A stretch of DNA of 63,813 nucleotides, the filler included, from Chrysochromulina tobinii (taxonomy: Eukaryota), in the NCBI GenBank assembly GCA_001275005.1. It is 8 parts of 8 records of this genome, joined end to end, with 100 filler letters (N's around TTAATTAATTAA, not from the genome) between each part and the next. Parts side by side here need not be neighbours in the genome. Positions count along the whole stretch, not along the records: positions 7,498 to 13,255 come from JWZX01001081.1; positions 13,356 to 21,782 come from JWZX01001082.1; positions 21,883 to 36,344 come from JWZX01001083.1; 5 more parts are not named here. One strand, given 5' to 3'. The notes beneath the pieces are model-generated. The model was not told where the DNA came from, ran no database searches, and saw only the letters and a list, made by a program, of their open reading frames with translations. Shown in pieces: positions 10,264 to 22,415 of this stretch (position 1 is its first letter; each line of letters begins with the position of its first letter). The translations under genes were made by a program, and so were the position numbers.

Positions 10264-13255
10264 ATGGGCAAGCTCGCCCGCTACGAAGATGACTTCCCGC
10301 GCTCCAAGGGCGTCAAGGGAGTGCGCGCCGACTCGATGAGCATGCAGTTGCCCGAGCACGCCCTGCATGCAGCCGGTGTGACAGACACGGTGGCCGGCCT
10401 CATCAAGGCCGGCCCCGATAAGAAGCGCGCGATGGATTCGTGGACGCCTTCGAGTTAGATCTGCGTGTGGCAGGTGGTCGAGGGCCTCGCGCGGCACGTG
10501 CCACAGGTGTCACTCCTCGTCGTCGAGATGAAAGCAGACGTCGCCGTCAAAATGAACTCCTCGAGCACCTCGGCGGCGGCCGCGCCAAGCAAGCATGGAA
10601 ACGCCCCAACACGCGACTGGTCGCTCAACTCATCGCAACGGTCGAGGCTCTCGGGCGCCACTCGACCGTGGCGCGGCGCACGCTGTTCGCTCTGCCACCG
10701 TCGTACGGGAACGTCCTCGGGGATGAGTACTCAAGTATGACGAGGAGAAGTGCGCGCTGCTGCTGCACGTGCTGCCCCTTATCAACGGTAACGAACGGCT
10801 CGATGCGGTGATGCTCACGGGGTGCCTGCACCTGCTCGGCTCGCTCGTCCTCACGGGCAACGGGTTCATGCTCAACGCGCTCTATAAGATCCTCTTCGAG
10901 AAGGTGAGAGAAGCCCAGAAGCCTGAGGCGGCGGACGAAACCTGATTCCCAATGGATTCCCACTGACGAACCCTTGGTCCCGCGGACGAAACCTGATTCC
11001 CACTGGATTCCCAATGACGAACCCTTGGTCCCGCGGACGAAACCTGATTCCCACTGTTACCCACTCATGGTCGACGCTCGGCTTCTCGCAGGGCATGCTG
11101 ATGCTCCGGCTCGCGCAGCCCTCGTCCCAGGGCGGAGTGCTCGATAAGGTTGCGGCGCGGGCGGCCCAGTGGGCGTTGGCCACCAAGTGCGAGCGCGGCT
11201 CCGCCACCGAGGAGGAGCGCATGGCTCACGACGAGCTCGTCCGAGATTTGGAGCTCGGTCTATCTCGCCAGCACTGCGGCATGAGCGTTGAGACGGTCGA
11301 TGACGGCGCCGTGCTTCAGATGCTCCGAGCTCTCGTGCGCGTGATGACCGCGTTCGCCCAGCGCGCCGAGGACTACCAGCAGTCCAAGGACCGTTACCTG
11401 CGCGGCGAGGGAGCTCAGCCAGACGACCGCCTTGAGATCGCATCTCGCGTGACCGAGCTCTTCGACGAGAACTCGCGCGACAAGATCATCTTTGGGATGC
11501 TGAGCAACACGAATGACGCGCTGTGCATCGAGGCGATGCAGTGCCTTGCGACGGTGCCAACTGAGAGCCTCGAGGCTGACGAAGTTCAGGTGCTCGTCGA
11601 GTTCGTGCACGAGAAGATGCAAACTCACCAGATGTACGTGGGACGCAATGAGGAGATGCTGATGCATGCCTTCGGCTGCTTTGCGCGCGTCGTGCGCGTG
11701 CCCGACATCAAGGACGTGGACAAGAAGGGCAAGAAGGGCAAAGTGGCCAAATCGACAGGCACGGCTTTCCGAGAGAAGAATGGCGATCTCGTGCAAGTCG
11801 CGATCTCGCTCCTCGTGGACAATACTAAACGCGAGATTCCACAGTCGGCCAGTGCCGAGCGCGCCCAAAAGGCACTGCTCTCGACGGCGATCACACACAT
11901 TTTGCAGCCGTGCTCGGGCCCGATCAAGGCGCGGCTGCTCAACAGGCTTGCTGAGCTGCTCGAGCCGGCAGGGGGCGTGGGCGATGCCGCGAGCGAACAG
12001 CTCTTTTCGTCGGAGACAGAGGAGCCGACGGCAGGGCGCCCAGAGAGTGCGGAGGCGAAGCGCAAGCGCATGCAAGGCCACGTGTCCTTCTTGCGCCGGA
12101 ACGGCGTCGATCTCGTGCTCACGCAGCTCGAGAAAACCGGGGGTCGGGCGACGCGTTTGCGGGCGGCGACGCCGATGGCTTCGGATCGGACGAGCTGCTG
12201 CCACCGGACGCCTCCTCCGATCGCACGCAGCGCTCGAGTTGCGCGTTGCTCAGCTTCGTGCAGTTTGAAAACAATTGGAAAGAGGCTGGGCTCGCCGACG
12301 TGGAGAAAGAGGACGACATTGTCCCCACCAAGGAGCAGCAGCGGAAGGACATCGAGGCGGGCGTCGACTGGCACAACGTGGGCATCGGCTCCCTCTTCAC
12401 TGAGAAACTGCATCTGATGGCCGACCAAGGCGAGGACACCGGTGCCAGCGCAAATTCCTTTGGCGGTAGCAAGGGTGGCGTCCTCACCGTCAAGAGCCTT
12501 AGCGGCATGGAGAGTGACAATGAGAGGCTCGGGGTCGAGCAGCAGAAGAATGTCGAGGATTCCATCTCGGCAACCTTTCGCGTGCTCAGTGCATGCGTGC
12601 GCTACGGCTCACCCGAGACCAAATTAGGGTTCCTCAAGCGCTTCTCGCAGCTGTCGATGCAGCAAGACGTGCTCAAGCTCGCGGGCTATGCGTTCATCTT
12701 CTCACCTACATCACGGAGCTCCGCGACCGCCGGTGTGAAGGAGACGGACGTGGCGCTGCGCTTCGTCACGATGTGGAACGCGGTGTTGCATGCGATGGAT
12801 GAGGAGCACATGATCACGGTCGAGCAGCTGCCGTTGCTCGAGACGCTTGCGGCGCTGCTCCCTCGACTGCTCGACCCACTGGCCGTCAAGATGGGCAGCC
12901 TGCTCGACCTGTGGCGCCGTACCGGTAAGCACGACGGGTTCTCCGCGGCCAACCAGGAGCTGCTCAACAAGACGATGCTCTCGACCGAGCCCCCGTCGTA
13001 CACCAAGATGCTCAGCGCCTTGCACGGCGTCTCTGGCCTGTACTCACGCATGCTCTGCTCGATTGAGGCGCTCAACTTCTCGAAGGAGCAGATGGTCGAC
13101 GTGGCCGCGAAGGAGCTCGCTCTCCGCAGATTGCTCCCCCCCTCGCATGCCGACAGCCAGAGGCTGCGCGAATACTCCGTCGACGACGGCGTACCCAATG
13201 GCGGCCGGAACGGCCACGGCCACACCGACGAGCACGGCGGCCACGGGCGCCAGCC
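10264..13255 (+). pseudogene. Large helical (ARM/HEAT-like) protein gene with several apparent frameshifts (pseudogene or assembly indels); 3' partial
   Basis: Coding-like Leu/Glu-rich sequence switches frame near ~10440, ~10545, ~10730 and ~12145 without clear splice sites. One clear intron lies at 10904-11091. Long ORFs are 11014..12417 and 12246..13255. Confidence 0.5.
10931..11055 (+). repeat. 51-bp intronic tandem repeat x2.4
   Basis: gcggacgaaacctgattccca... occurs at 10931, 10982 and 11033, inside intron 10904-11091. Confidence 0.9.
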
Positions 13256-13355
13256 NNNNNNNNNNNNNNNNNNNNNNNNNNNNNNNNNNNNNNNNNNNNT
13301 TAATTAATTAANNNNNNNNNNNNNNNNNNNNNNNNNNNNNNNNNNNNNNNNNNNN
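13256..13355. other. Artificial contig linker
   Basis: N-TTAATTAATTAA-N. Confidence 0.97.
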
Positions 13356-13983
13356 CACCCTCGTCGCTCTCGTCGCTCTCGCCCTCCTGCGTGATCGCCT
13401 CGAGCAGTGCCTCGTACCACGTTTCGTAGGTGGTGGCAACTTGGCGGTCCGCCTCTGTGTCGGCCGCGGTGTGAGGGTGCAACGCCATGGCCCGCTCGAC
13501 GCGCCGCAAGGCGAGGGGCAGCTCGTCGCGCTCGACGGCCTCACGTGCCTTCTCGAAAAAGGCTGCGGCCGCCTCGCGATTTTGGCGCCGCTGAGACTCG
13601 AAGCGCTGCTGCTGGTGCGCCTGCTCCTGCTTCGCCCGAAGCTGTGCAGTCTCCTGTGCAGTCTGGGCGCTGCTGCTGGCGCCACGGGTGAAAATGGGCG
13701 GGACCACGCGTGGCGTCCGCCGCTGCCGCCGCTGCTGCTGCGGCGGCGGCGACGACGGTGGCTGCTGCTGCTGCTGTGCCTGCAGACACTTTTGCAAGGC
13801 CTCTCTGTGCGCTGGATCAGACGGCGAAAAGTCAACTGCGCGCCGAAAATGTCGGATGGCCAGCTCAAGCTCGCCACTCGCCGCAAGCTTCACACCACGC
13901 TCGTGGTGGGCGATCGCCTCCTGCCGAAAAGCGAGTCCGATGTCTGGGGCCGCCGCCTCAGGCCCTGATCTCCTCATCGGCAC
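13356..13983 (-). CDS. TPR-repeat protein (3' partial)
   Basis: HHERGVKLAASGELELAIRHFRRAVDFSPSD and FFEKAREAVERDELPLALRRVERAMALHP match the TPR consensus. Confidence 0.7.
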
Positions 13984-14209
13984 GAGAACCTCTCATCGGC
14001 ATACGAGTACACACACTTGCGGCCAAGGCGAAAATTACGGATGCAATCACGAGCCAAAGCCTTCCGTTAAGCCTTTGCTACGCCCTCTTGCCAAACATCG
14101 TAACCATGAATTCACACTTCTGCGCGACATCCTCAATTTGGTTGGGTCAGTCGAAGCCGAGGAGGGTGGCGGCACTCTCGGCAACCTTCGCGCCGCGGCG
14201 CAAGTTTTC

Positions 14210-16661
14210 ATGGGTGGCGATCCGCGAAGCGATGCTGCGCGACCCTCTTCGCGAAACTTGCCGCTCAAGCGTCTTGTCGACGTCATGTTCGGCGCGACGG
14301 TTATGTACGCGACACTCATTGTGACCGGCCTGAGCGTTCATACAGTCAGTGACAAGGTGAGCGGCAACGGCATCGTGCCCCTCGTTGGCCGCACAGACAG
14401 CGAGGAGGCAGCGACGCCAGAGGAGATGCGCGGCGTGCTGGATTCCATTCGGCCGGGCGGCAGAGGCAGCGCTCAGGCCGACTCGAGCGAGGAGTCGTCC
14501 TCGAAGAACGACTATGTACACCAGGACATGCTGCTGGAGCACGGCATGACCTCACAGAGTAGCTTCGTGACGCCCACTGGCCCGAGCGCCTGCCCAGAGC
14601 CACCGGAGGCGCTCCACATCGACGACATCGCTTTCGGCGTGCTCACCTCGGAGCGCTTCCTCGACACGCGGCTCGCGTCGCAGCGGCGCACATGGCTGAG
14701 GAGCGTGCGCCACGTCGTCTTCTACTCGGAGACGGTGGTCGCGAATCTGCCCACCGTGGCGCTCTCACCGCCTGAGAACGAGCAGCTCGTGGGCGGCGGT
14801 GCGTGGAAGAATTTTCCCGCGCTCATGGACCTGCACCGGCGCTACCCAACGAAGAAGTGGGTCTTCTTCAACGACGACGACACGTGCGTGTCCTGCCTCC
14901 ACCGCCGCTGAGTTCGATTGATTGCGATGGCGTGACGCCGATGGCGAGTGCTCGCCACTGCTCCCAGGTACATCTTCGTGCCCAACTTGCTGCGCTGCCT
15001 CTCCAAGTATAGCGCGGACAAGGAGGTCTACCTGGGGCTCTACTGGACACCCAGGATCGACATGGAGTGGAAAGAGGTTCAGCTCGCTTATGCCTCGGGT
15101 GGGGCAGGGTATGCGCTCTCGCGCACGCTGCTCGGGCGCCTCGCTCCCACGATGCCGCGCTGCCATGCGAACTACACGCGATGGGCAGGCGACATCCGGG
15201 TGGGTAAGTGCGTCTTGGACCTGAACGTGCGCGTCACTCCTGCAGTCGGTTTCCATCACGAGGGCCATGACAAGTATGTGTGGGATTCCTCGGGCGGTGG
15301 CTTCCCGTACGGCCACCTGTCCAACAAGGCGTCGGCGGCCATCACGGCGCCGGTGAGCTTCCACCATCTCTCGGTGGACACGATCGCTATGTACGAGCGG
15401 ATGTCTCGTGCCGAAGAGCGTGGGCCGCAGGGCGAGCTCTACCGGTGGGACTTTTCGCGCTTCTTTTTGAAGGAGTACGTGGGGTATGCGCCCCTCGCCT
15501 CGCACCGCTTCCGCATCCTCTTTGGGATCTCTGTGGAGGTAGCTCCGGGCGCTCCGGATGGATATGGAACCGTCGACTCCAAGATCGATCAGGCTAAGCG
15601 CACGGCCATGCTAGCACGTGCCATCTTAAATACCAGGTGGCGTCGGGACTTTGCCGACCCGCTGTACATCAGGGCGTTGCCGACGCCCGACCCCTTAGAC
15701 AAAGCACAGTTCGAGATGGTGATCGCAAAGGTGTGGGCTGGTCCTCCGAGTGCCCCGAGGGATGGCGTGTGCTACAGAGTGCTACCGAGTGCTACCGAGT
15801 GCTTCGTGCTTCCGAGTGCCAGTGATGGTCACTGTAGACCACTGAGCGCCCCCTATGATGTCCGAATTCGTATGTACACAGGTGCCCGAGATCTTCAACG
15901 GCGACGGGTGCGACGTCAAGGCAGCCAACGTTCGCGACCCGAATCGTGTGCCGGTGCGCAAGGCGGCGGTCGTCGCCATCCGCTGTGAGCCATGCGTCCC
16001 TGTGGACGCCCCCGCCGACGCGAAGCCTGAGTTTGACAAGCTGTGCTCCATCACGAGGGAAGATCCCTGCACATTGCGCGCGGTGCTCGCGCTCAAATGC
16101 CCGCCGCGCGAGCTCGTCTACGCTCCTAATTTGGATGTGGGCACCAAAGTCGGCGGGAGTGACGTCGTCTTCGCTGGGGTACCCGCCACGTGCACTGCCC
16201 CTCCTTCGATCCAGGACGCCACCTTAAGAAAACAGGACTCCGCTGCCGAGTGGGCCGCTCGCCGGTTGGGAATGCGCCCAAATGCGAAGCTGCCGTTGCC
16301 GTTGGGTCTCCTCGGAAGCTCCACGTCGACGCCGATGGCCTTCTATCCGTCGCTGTTGCATGGATCGCTCGCGATGGCCCCGCCACGCGCGACAGCCACT
16401 GCCGCCGGATTCGCGTGCACGACGCGCGTCGACGGCGACGGCCCGGCGGCACGGGGCGGTGTTCTGCGCTCCGTAGATGCGCCGCAGCCGCTGTACGTCT
16501 CATGCTCGTGCCGAGGGACGCCGCAGATGGCTGCGGAGCGCAAGGGCGAGGTGACCGCCAACGTCACAATTGTGCTGCAGCTTAGTCAGTACACCTCGCC
16601 GGTGATCGACTACCAGCAGCGATGCGTGATTGCGGAGAAATCAGCAGAGAGCCGATCATAG
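14210..16661 (+). CDS. Fringe-like / GT31 glycosyltransferase, type II membrane protein, 3 exons
   Basis: N-terminal TM, IAFGVLTS...TWL, KWVFFNDDDT|YIFVPNL (DxD motif), YASGGAGYALS and DIRVGKC. Introns 14884-14967 and 15731-15881 join the three ORFs in frame. Confidence 0.85.
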
Positions 16662-17706
16662 AAGCGTGAGCGACAGCCGTAGGCTCGGCTAAGCCTGGCT
16701 CGGCGGCTGAGCTGGCCTTCCCAACTTCCAACGAAGCTAGGGCGGTTGCCGACAGCGATGCTGTAGCGAAGCGACTCGAGAACTTGAATGAGTTCTCCAA
16801 TGTCCAGGAAACGCAATTCTAAGTGTAATTCGATCGCGTTAATTTTTCCGCCGCGCGGCCGAGCCGGCTCTCGGTCCCGCAGCCGTGCCGCGCGACGCGC
16901 GGCGCGCACAGCATGAGCATCACGCACGGAGCTGATCACGCGACTCGCGAGCTAGTACAGTGTTACGGCGAAGGGCCGAAGGCTCCCGCGCCCGTCCCGC
17001 CCCCACTCGCCCCCGTGTTCCGTTATAGAGGTGCGTCGCAGTCCGGTCGGTTAGAGGCGAGCTGGCGAGGAGAGGCTGCAGCCGTGCTAGAGTACACGAC
17101 CCTGCTTATTGTACAGCGCCCCCGGAGGACTTGACTTGACCCCTGAGCGGCTGAGGTACCATGGTAGATGGTACTTCTAAAGGACTTAACGACAAAACAT
17201 AAAATAGGTCGCCTGGTCGCGCGCGGAGCGAGTCGTGGGGTACCCCGTGAGTGCTCAGAGCGATAACGGGGGACCAGATAAGCGTTAGTTCAGGTTGGGC
17301 GCTATTTTGGTTGCGGATGGTTTCTGGTACATGTACGCAAATATTCACTACACAATAAGATTCAATGACAATTTGTCTACCGGTCGTCCGGCTCTTAATA
17401 TTCCGCTGTCACCGTATAAGGTAACAGGTATTCGCAATTCGGGTACGGAAATTTAACTATATACTGCCATACTAACTTTACTACGTGCTGCTCCCGGCGC
17501 TTCCGCTGCTGCGGCTCTCCCAGGTCATCTCTCGTTCTCGGCCCCGCGTGCTGCTCCTACGCTAAACACCGTACACAGACTTGAGACTACACACGCTGTG
17601 TACCAACCTAAGTATATACACGATACTCTCGGCCATACAGTAGTCGACTCTGGACGGGAGAAGAGAGCCGAAGCTCTCTCATATCTCTTGAGTCTTGTTA
17701 ATCGGA

Positions 17707-19002
17707 TCAACGACGCCGATGAAGCGCACCCCGCACCTCGAAGAGCCCGAGCTCGCGTCGCATCTCCTCCTCGCACCAAAGCCATCGTGGCCCGCGAGCC
17801 ACCGACGCGCCCGCCATGGCGCCCGCACCGCCGGCAGCGGGCACCCTCTCGCCCAGGCTGCTGGCGAATTTGTCGCAGCTGGCCGAGACTGCGAGCGACT
17901 CGTTCACGGGAGTGTCGTGCACCCAAATATTGGCGATGAGCTTCTCTCCGCTCTCGAGGCGACACGCGGCGTGCCGAGCCCTGGGGTCCAGAGGTGGGCC
18001 CACGGCATCGATGCTGCTCGCGAGGCTGCTGCTGCCGGCGCCGCCTCCGCCGCCACTGCTGCTGCCGCCGCCGCCGCCGCCGCCGTTGCTGCTGTCATGT
18101 CCATTCGGAAGCGATGGGGGCTCGATGTTGTAAAAGAGGACCGCGTCGCCGGCCTTGGGCTGGATGTTGCGGCCGCGTGCACACGAGCCGGGCTCGTCAA
18201 TATCGCCGTTGCCGCCCGCCGCGAACGGAAAGTTGGTCGCGCCGCCCTCGGTAACGGTTGTGAGGTAGACAAGAACCGTCACACTTCGAGTCGAGCCGTG
18301 CGCTGTCTTGAGCCCGTCGATGTGGTGCAGCTGCCCATCGCCCACGTCGTACTTGACGACCTGCCACGGCTCCGCATGACCCACGTGCACCCGTGCCGCG
18401 TCGGCCGCGCGCCGCTGCAGCCTCTCCAGCGCCTCGTTGGTTACGAGGTCGGGCCGCTTGAAGCCGTACTCAGTTCCGACCCACGCAGTGTGTGCGCGGC
18501 GGCGCCCTTCGGCGAGCGAATACTCGCGACCAGTGTCCGGGTCAAAGGATACGGACGGTGCCCAGCCCTGCGCATCGGCAGCCCGACGGATTTCGGCGAT
18601 CTCGTTGGGCGTCAGAAGGCCATGCAGACGGAAGAGACGAGGCGACAGGTCGAGTGTCTCCAAGACCACCTCGCGCCCGTCCACGTCGATGGTTTCCCGC
18701 ACGCCCTCGGCACGGCCGGCCCACATCCACATCTCGTAAGGCCGCGCGGCGTAGATATGCTCGCCGTCCACGAGCGGCTGCCATGTCGATGGCTTCAAGC
18801 GTCCGTCGGCGCCATAGAAATCGGTCACGTCGGCCCAATGCGCCCGCGCCCCTGCGAGCACCTCGTCGCGAGTGTTATTTTGCAGATCGAGAGGCGTGGC
18901 GCTATTCCAGCCGTTGCGATGGATGAAGAGCGTGATGCCACAGCCGAGCTGGGCGCGCCAGCCGTCGCGCGAGCGGCGGCAGGCGCGACGTTGGCTGTCC
19001 AA
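17707..19002 (-). CDS. Prolyl 4-hydroxylase alpha-like 2OG-Fe(II) dioxygenase
   Basis: LSPRLF, EPWQVVKY, HxD (HID), TVLVYLTTVTEGGATNFP, PKAGDAVLFY, the distal His in RHAAC, and GEKLIANIW. Confidence 0.9.
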   Translation of the reverse strand: MDSQRRACRRSRDGWRAQLGCGITLFIHRNGWNSATPLDLQNNTRDEVLAGARAHWADVTDFYGADGRLKPSTWQPLVDGEHIYAARPYEMWMWAGRAEGVRETIDVDGREVVLETLDLSPRLFRLHGLLTPNEIAEIRRAADAQGWAPSVSFDPDTGREYSLAEGRRRAHTAWVGTEYGFKRPDLVTNEALERLQRRAADAARVHVGHAEPWQVVKYDVGDGQLHHIDGLKTAHGSTRSVTVLVYLTTVTEGGATNFPFAAGGNGDIDEPGSCARGRNIQPKAGDAVLFYNIEPPSLPNGHDSSNGGGGGGGSSSGGGGGAGSSSLASSIDAVGPPLDPRARHAACRLESGEKLIANIWVHDTPVNESLAVSASCDKFASSLGERVPAAGGAGAMAGASVARGPRWLWCEEEMRRELGLFEVRGALHRRR

Positions 19003-19132
19003 TCCTCTGCCGACCGCCCTGGATGTACACGAGACATTTCACAAACTTGCGTCCCCTACCGGTACATATTTGATGACGTGTGACTGTGGCCGTGTGAAGC
19101 CCGGTCGTTCTGACGACACTCCAACGGGACTC

Positions 19133-19999
19133 ATGTCTTTCGTGGGTAGGGCTCCACGCTTCGAGCTGCGGCCACGCCGTTCGCAGAGCGACTTGTTCAG
19201 CCGCGCTCAGCTCATCCAGAAGGCCTGGCGCAAGCTCTCGCGCCGGCGTCAGTACGACCACTTTCAGGACTCGCTCGCCGAGACCAAGTTGCTCTTCACG
19301 ACGCGCCAGCAGAACATCGAGCTGCACGCGACGGTGCGTGGCACCGACGACGGGAGCCGGCTGCTCGAAGACACCCAAGCCGCACGCGTCCTAGACTACA
19401 CGCAGGAGGAGCGCCTGCAATCGGTGGAAATTGTGCTGCAGATGGCGGTGGAGCGCGATGAGACGAAACGAGTAGAGGCGTTTGAGCGCAGGAGGCTGGA
19501 GAAGTCGGTCTCCTTCAAAGCCAAGAGTAACCAGAGCGCCTTGCACTGGGCCGCACGCTACTTGCAGGCGTGCTGGCGGCGGAATCGAATGCGCCGCATG
19601 CTGCCCAAGCAGCCGAGCTTTCGGGCGAAGCACAAGCCCATCATCCGCGTCGCCTCGGCTGTGCACGTGCCCTCAGTGCAGGCGGTTGCGGCGCGCGCGG
19701 CCGTGCGCGCGGTCATCGAGCGCGCCGTGCTCGCCGAGGACTGGTTCGCAGAGGCAGCCACCGGCACGTCTGAGGACGGATGTGAACTCCTGATCGATGA
19801 GGGCGACACACTCCTCGACCTATGCATGCGGACTCTTCTCCAGAGCTCAGGCACGCGCGCGCCGCCCGACGCTGCGCAGCTGCGCGCGTGCCTCGCGCGC
19901 CGGCGCGCCCAGCCCGGCGCCAGCCTACGCCTCGACTTTGACGAGTTTGTCGACGTGTACAACAATCTCGTGCTGCCCGCCATGCGCTCGGGTCGGTGA
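19133..19999 (+). CDS. IQ-motif (calmodulin-binding) protein with a C-terminal EF-hand-like segment
   Basis: IQ-like motifs AQLIQKAWRKLSRRRQY and AARYLQACWRRNRMRR. LDFDEFVDVYN lies at the C-terminus. Confidence 0.6.
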   Translation: MSFVGRAPRFELRPRRSQSDLFSRAQLIQKAWRKLSRRRQYDHFQDSLAETKLLFTTRQQNIELHATVRGTDDGSRLLEDTQAARVLDYTQEERLQSVEIVLQMAVERDETKRVEAFERRRLEKSVSFKAKSNQSALHWAARYLQACWRRNRMRRMLPKQPSFRAKHKPIIRVASAVHVPSVQAVAARAAVRAVIERAVLAEDWFAEAATGTSEDGCELLIDEGDTLLDLCMRTLLQSSGTRAPPDAAQLRACLARRRAQPGASLRLDFDEFVDVYNNLVLPAMRSGR

Positions 20000-20466
20000 A
20001 GGAGCTAGGACGGGAGCTACCCTGAACCCTTCAGTAATAAGGGATCCCCGGCGTCTACCGTGTAGGGCTCTAGTACGAAGTAGGCCTGAGAGGTGGCAGA
20101 TCGAGGGGGTCAACGGTCGTACGATAGAACGGGCAGAGAGGCGCGCTGAACATGTATACATCGCCCGGACCGGCGCGGCGACGGCTCGGACATATATTAA
20201 CGTCGACGACGGCGGTAACCGAAACCGCTCTGCAAACGCCGGAACAAGGCGCTGATTAAGGAATCATCAACGCCTCGTGGCGACGCAACCACGTTCGGTC
20301 GCGCTCGTCGTCGTCACGGTCGGGCTACGCTCACGCGTTTTCAGGTGTGACCGCCGCACCGCTGAGTGTACGTGGAGCAATGACGTGGAGGTCATACATT
20401 AATGTATGTGTAGTTGAGACCACACCGTTTCAGACGCCGGCCCATTTCTGCTCGCTCAATTTTCGA

Positions 20467-20883
20467 TCACGTGCTCCGCTCGCCACCACGTGCAAGAGTT
20501 CGCTCGGCGCAATCCAAAAAGTCGTGCAGCACCGGCAGACAATCGTGCTCGTGCCCTTGGCCGCTGGCTTTTATGTGCTGAACGCAAAGCCTGTAGCCGT
20601 CCTGAGCAGGCCCGCATGCTCCCTCAATTGAGGCGAGCTGGCGTTCCCTGCGTCGTTGGCATGCTTGCAGCCGCTGCGCTGCGAGCTTGAACGCCTCGCT
20701 CTGCTTGCCGTGCGTGTTGACCGCATCGCTCAGGTCACAGAACTCGCTATCGCAATCTTTAAAGATGCAGTGCATGCGTTGTATAGCCTTCGCGAAGGCG
20801 GTACCCGTTTCGCTCGCACCGCCCACAAACGTTCCGTCACTGAGCGTGATTGTGCTGCCGCTCGTGGATCCAGCGTTGCCCAT
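20467..20883 (-). CDS. Small N-myristoylated twin-CX9C (CHCH) protein, MIC19/CHCHD3-like
   Basis: MGNAGS myristoylation consensus, a coiled coil, then CGPAQDGYRLC...CLPVLHDFLDC (two CX9C motifs). Confidence 0.65.
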   Translation of the reverse strand: MGNAGSTSGSTITLSDGTFVGGASETGTAFAKAIQRMHCIFKDCDSEFCDLSDAVNTHGKQSEAFKLAAQRLQACQRRRERQLASIEGACGPAQDGYRLCVQHIKASGQGHEHDCLPVLHDFLDCAERTLARGGERST

Positions 20884-20939
20884 GTTCTCGACGATAGTAC
20901 AGGCCAGGCGACACTTCAGTCCGACGCAAACGAGTCCGA

Positions 20940-20981
20940 GTCAAGTCAAGTCAAGTCAAGTCAAGTCAAGTCAAGTCAAGT
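20940..20981 (+). repeat. (TCAAG)8 microsatellite just upstream of the CHCH gene
   Basis: Directly visible. Degenerate TCAAG copies also lie upstream of XRCC2 (~5867-5893). Confidence 0.9.
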
Positions 20982-21575
20982 GATTCAAAATGGCGGTCGC
21001 CTTTCCGCCGCCTTTGGTGCCCATCGCTGGCGCGTGCGATCGGGAGGGCAGATCTCGGCGCAACCGGCACCACTGGAAGGCCCCGAGTCGGGGCATCATC
21101 CCCATCTTCTTGATCTTGATCATCGCGGCGCACCGGGGCTTCAACATCGTGCCTTTTCAGGAAGTCTACAGTACGGCAATGCATCACCGCTCCAGGCCGA
21201 CGACGGGAGCGATCGGGGGCCTGCGCGAGGGCTGCTCCGATGGGCCAAGGTGTCGGTAGGGTCTGGCGTCCGCCGGCGCCGCGCGTCGAGCGCGCGCGGC
21301 CCATCTACGACGAGTTTTTGGCGTTTTGGGCTTGACAAGGGCACGTCAATCGATTTTGGCCAGGCAACAAGGGCGGCTGGCGCGGCGGCGGCAAGAGTGG
21401 TCGAGGGCGTTTCCGCGGTGCGCGCCACACACCCCGTCCTCTATCTCACGCATGCGCGCGCGCTCGCGACTTACAGGTGTGGCGTCGATGGCGTCGATCA
21501 AGGGTGAAAGGAGTACAAGGCTCACAAGCTGGACAGTGCAAGCGGAACGACAAGTACGGCTACAAGGCGACATGA

Positions 21576-21697
21576 ACTACCGGGGGACTAGCAGCGCTTG
21601 CGCAGCCGGATTGATCCCAACGTGCTCCCTCATTGGCCTCATTGGCTGCGGCCGACCACTTGTTACTACCGGGGGACTAGCAGCGCTTGCGCAGCCG
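21576..21697 (+). repeat. 33-bp perfect direct repeat pair
   Basis: actaccgggggactagcagcgcttgcgcagccg occurs at 21576 and 21665. Confidence 0.85.
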
Positions 21698-21782
21698 CAG
21701 CATAACTGTGAAAGGCTTTTCTCGCACTTTTCTTCTCGTGGCGACACCTCGACTGGTGCCACCGCTTTTTTGTTTGAGCGTT

Positions 21783-21882
21783 NNNNNNNNNNNNNNNNNN
21801 NNNNNNNNNNNNNNNNNNNNNNNNNNTTAATTAATTAANNNNNNNNNNNNNNNNNNNNNNNNNNNNNNNNNNNNNNNNNNNN
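21783..21882. other. Artificial contig linker
   Basis: N-TTAATTAATTAA-N. Confidence 0.97.
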
Positions 21883-22034
21883 TGCGCATCTACGCGTGAC
21901 GCAGCGACCGCACAAAGCGGCGTCCTCGATGTGCACGTGCATGGCGTCGTCGAGCGCATCCTGCGGTGTGTGTAGTAATACAAGAGAGGAACAAGACTCA
22001 GCATCAGCACCGCCGGCGGCGAGGGTGGCCGTGG

Positions 22035-22125
22035 CTAGGGCGGAGGAGGCGAGCGCGGCGGCGGCCAGGGCGGCGGCGGTGAGGACGGCGGGTGCGGCCT
22101 GGTTGGCGGCGAGGGCGGTGGCGAG

Positions 22126-22162
<37 letters not shown>

Positions 22163-22415
22163 AGAGCGGCATTGCGCATTGGAGGGCGGCGGTGGGCCGG
22201 TGGCCTGGGACAGGCGGCGAGGGCGGCGGTGGCGAGGGTGGAGGAGGCGACGGCGGCGGCGGCGACGGCGGCGGCGAGGGTGGCGGTGGCGACGGTGGTG
22301 ATGATGGTGGCGGAGGTGATGGTGACGGAGGGCTTGGGCGCTTGGCGGGCGGCGAGGGCGGCGGTGGTGGATCGGGCCCCTTAATTTCACGTGTGGACGT
22401 TCTTGTGTGAGACAC
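22035..22415 (-). CDS. Extensin-like Ser-Pro(n) rich segment (exon fragment or pseudogene)
   Basis: SPPPP repeats. The TAG at 22035 falls within the Pro-rich run and may be a mutated TCG. Confidence 0.4.

Noticed and set aside
20990..21259. Small ORF with a hydrophobic stretch, divergent from the CHCH gene
   Set aside because: It has no recognisable motif or clear exon structure, so the support is insufficient.
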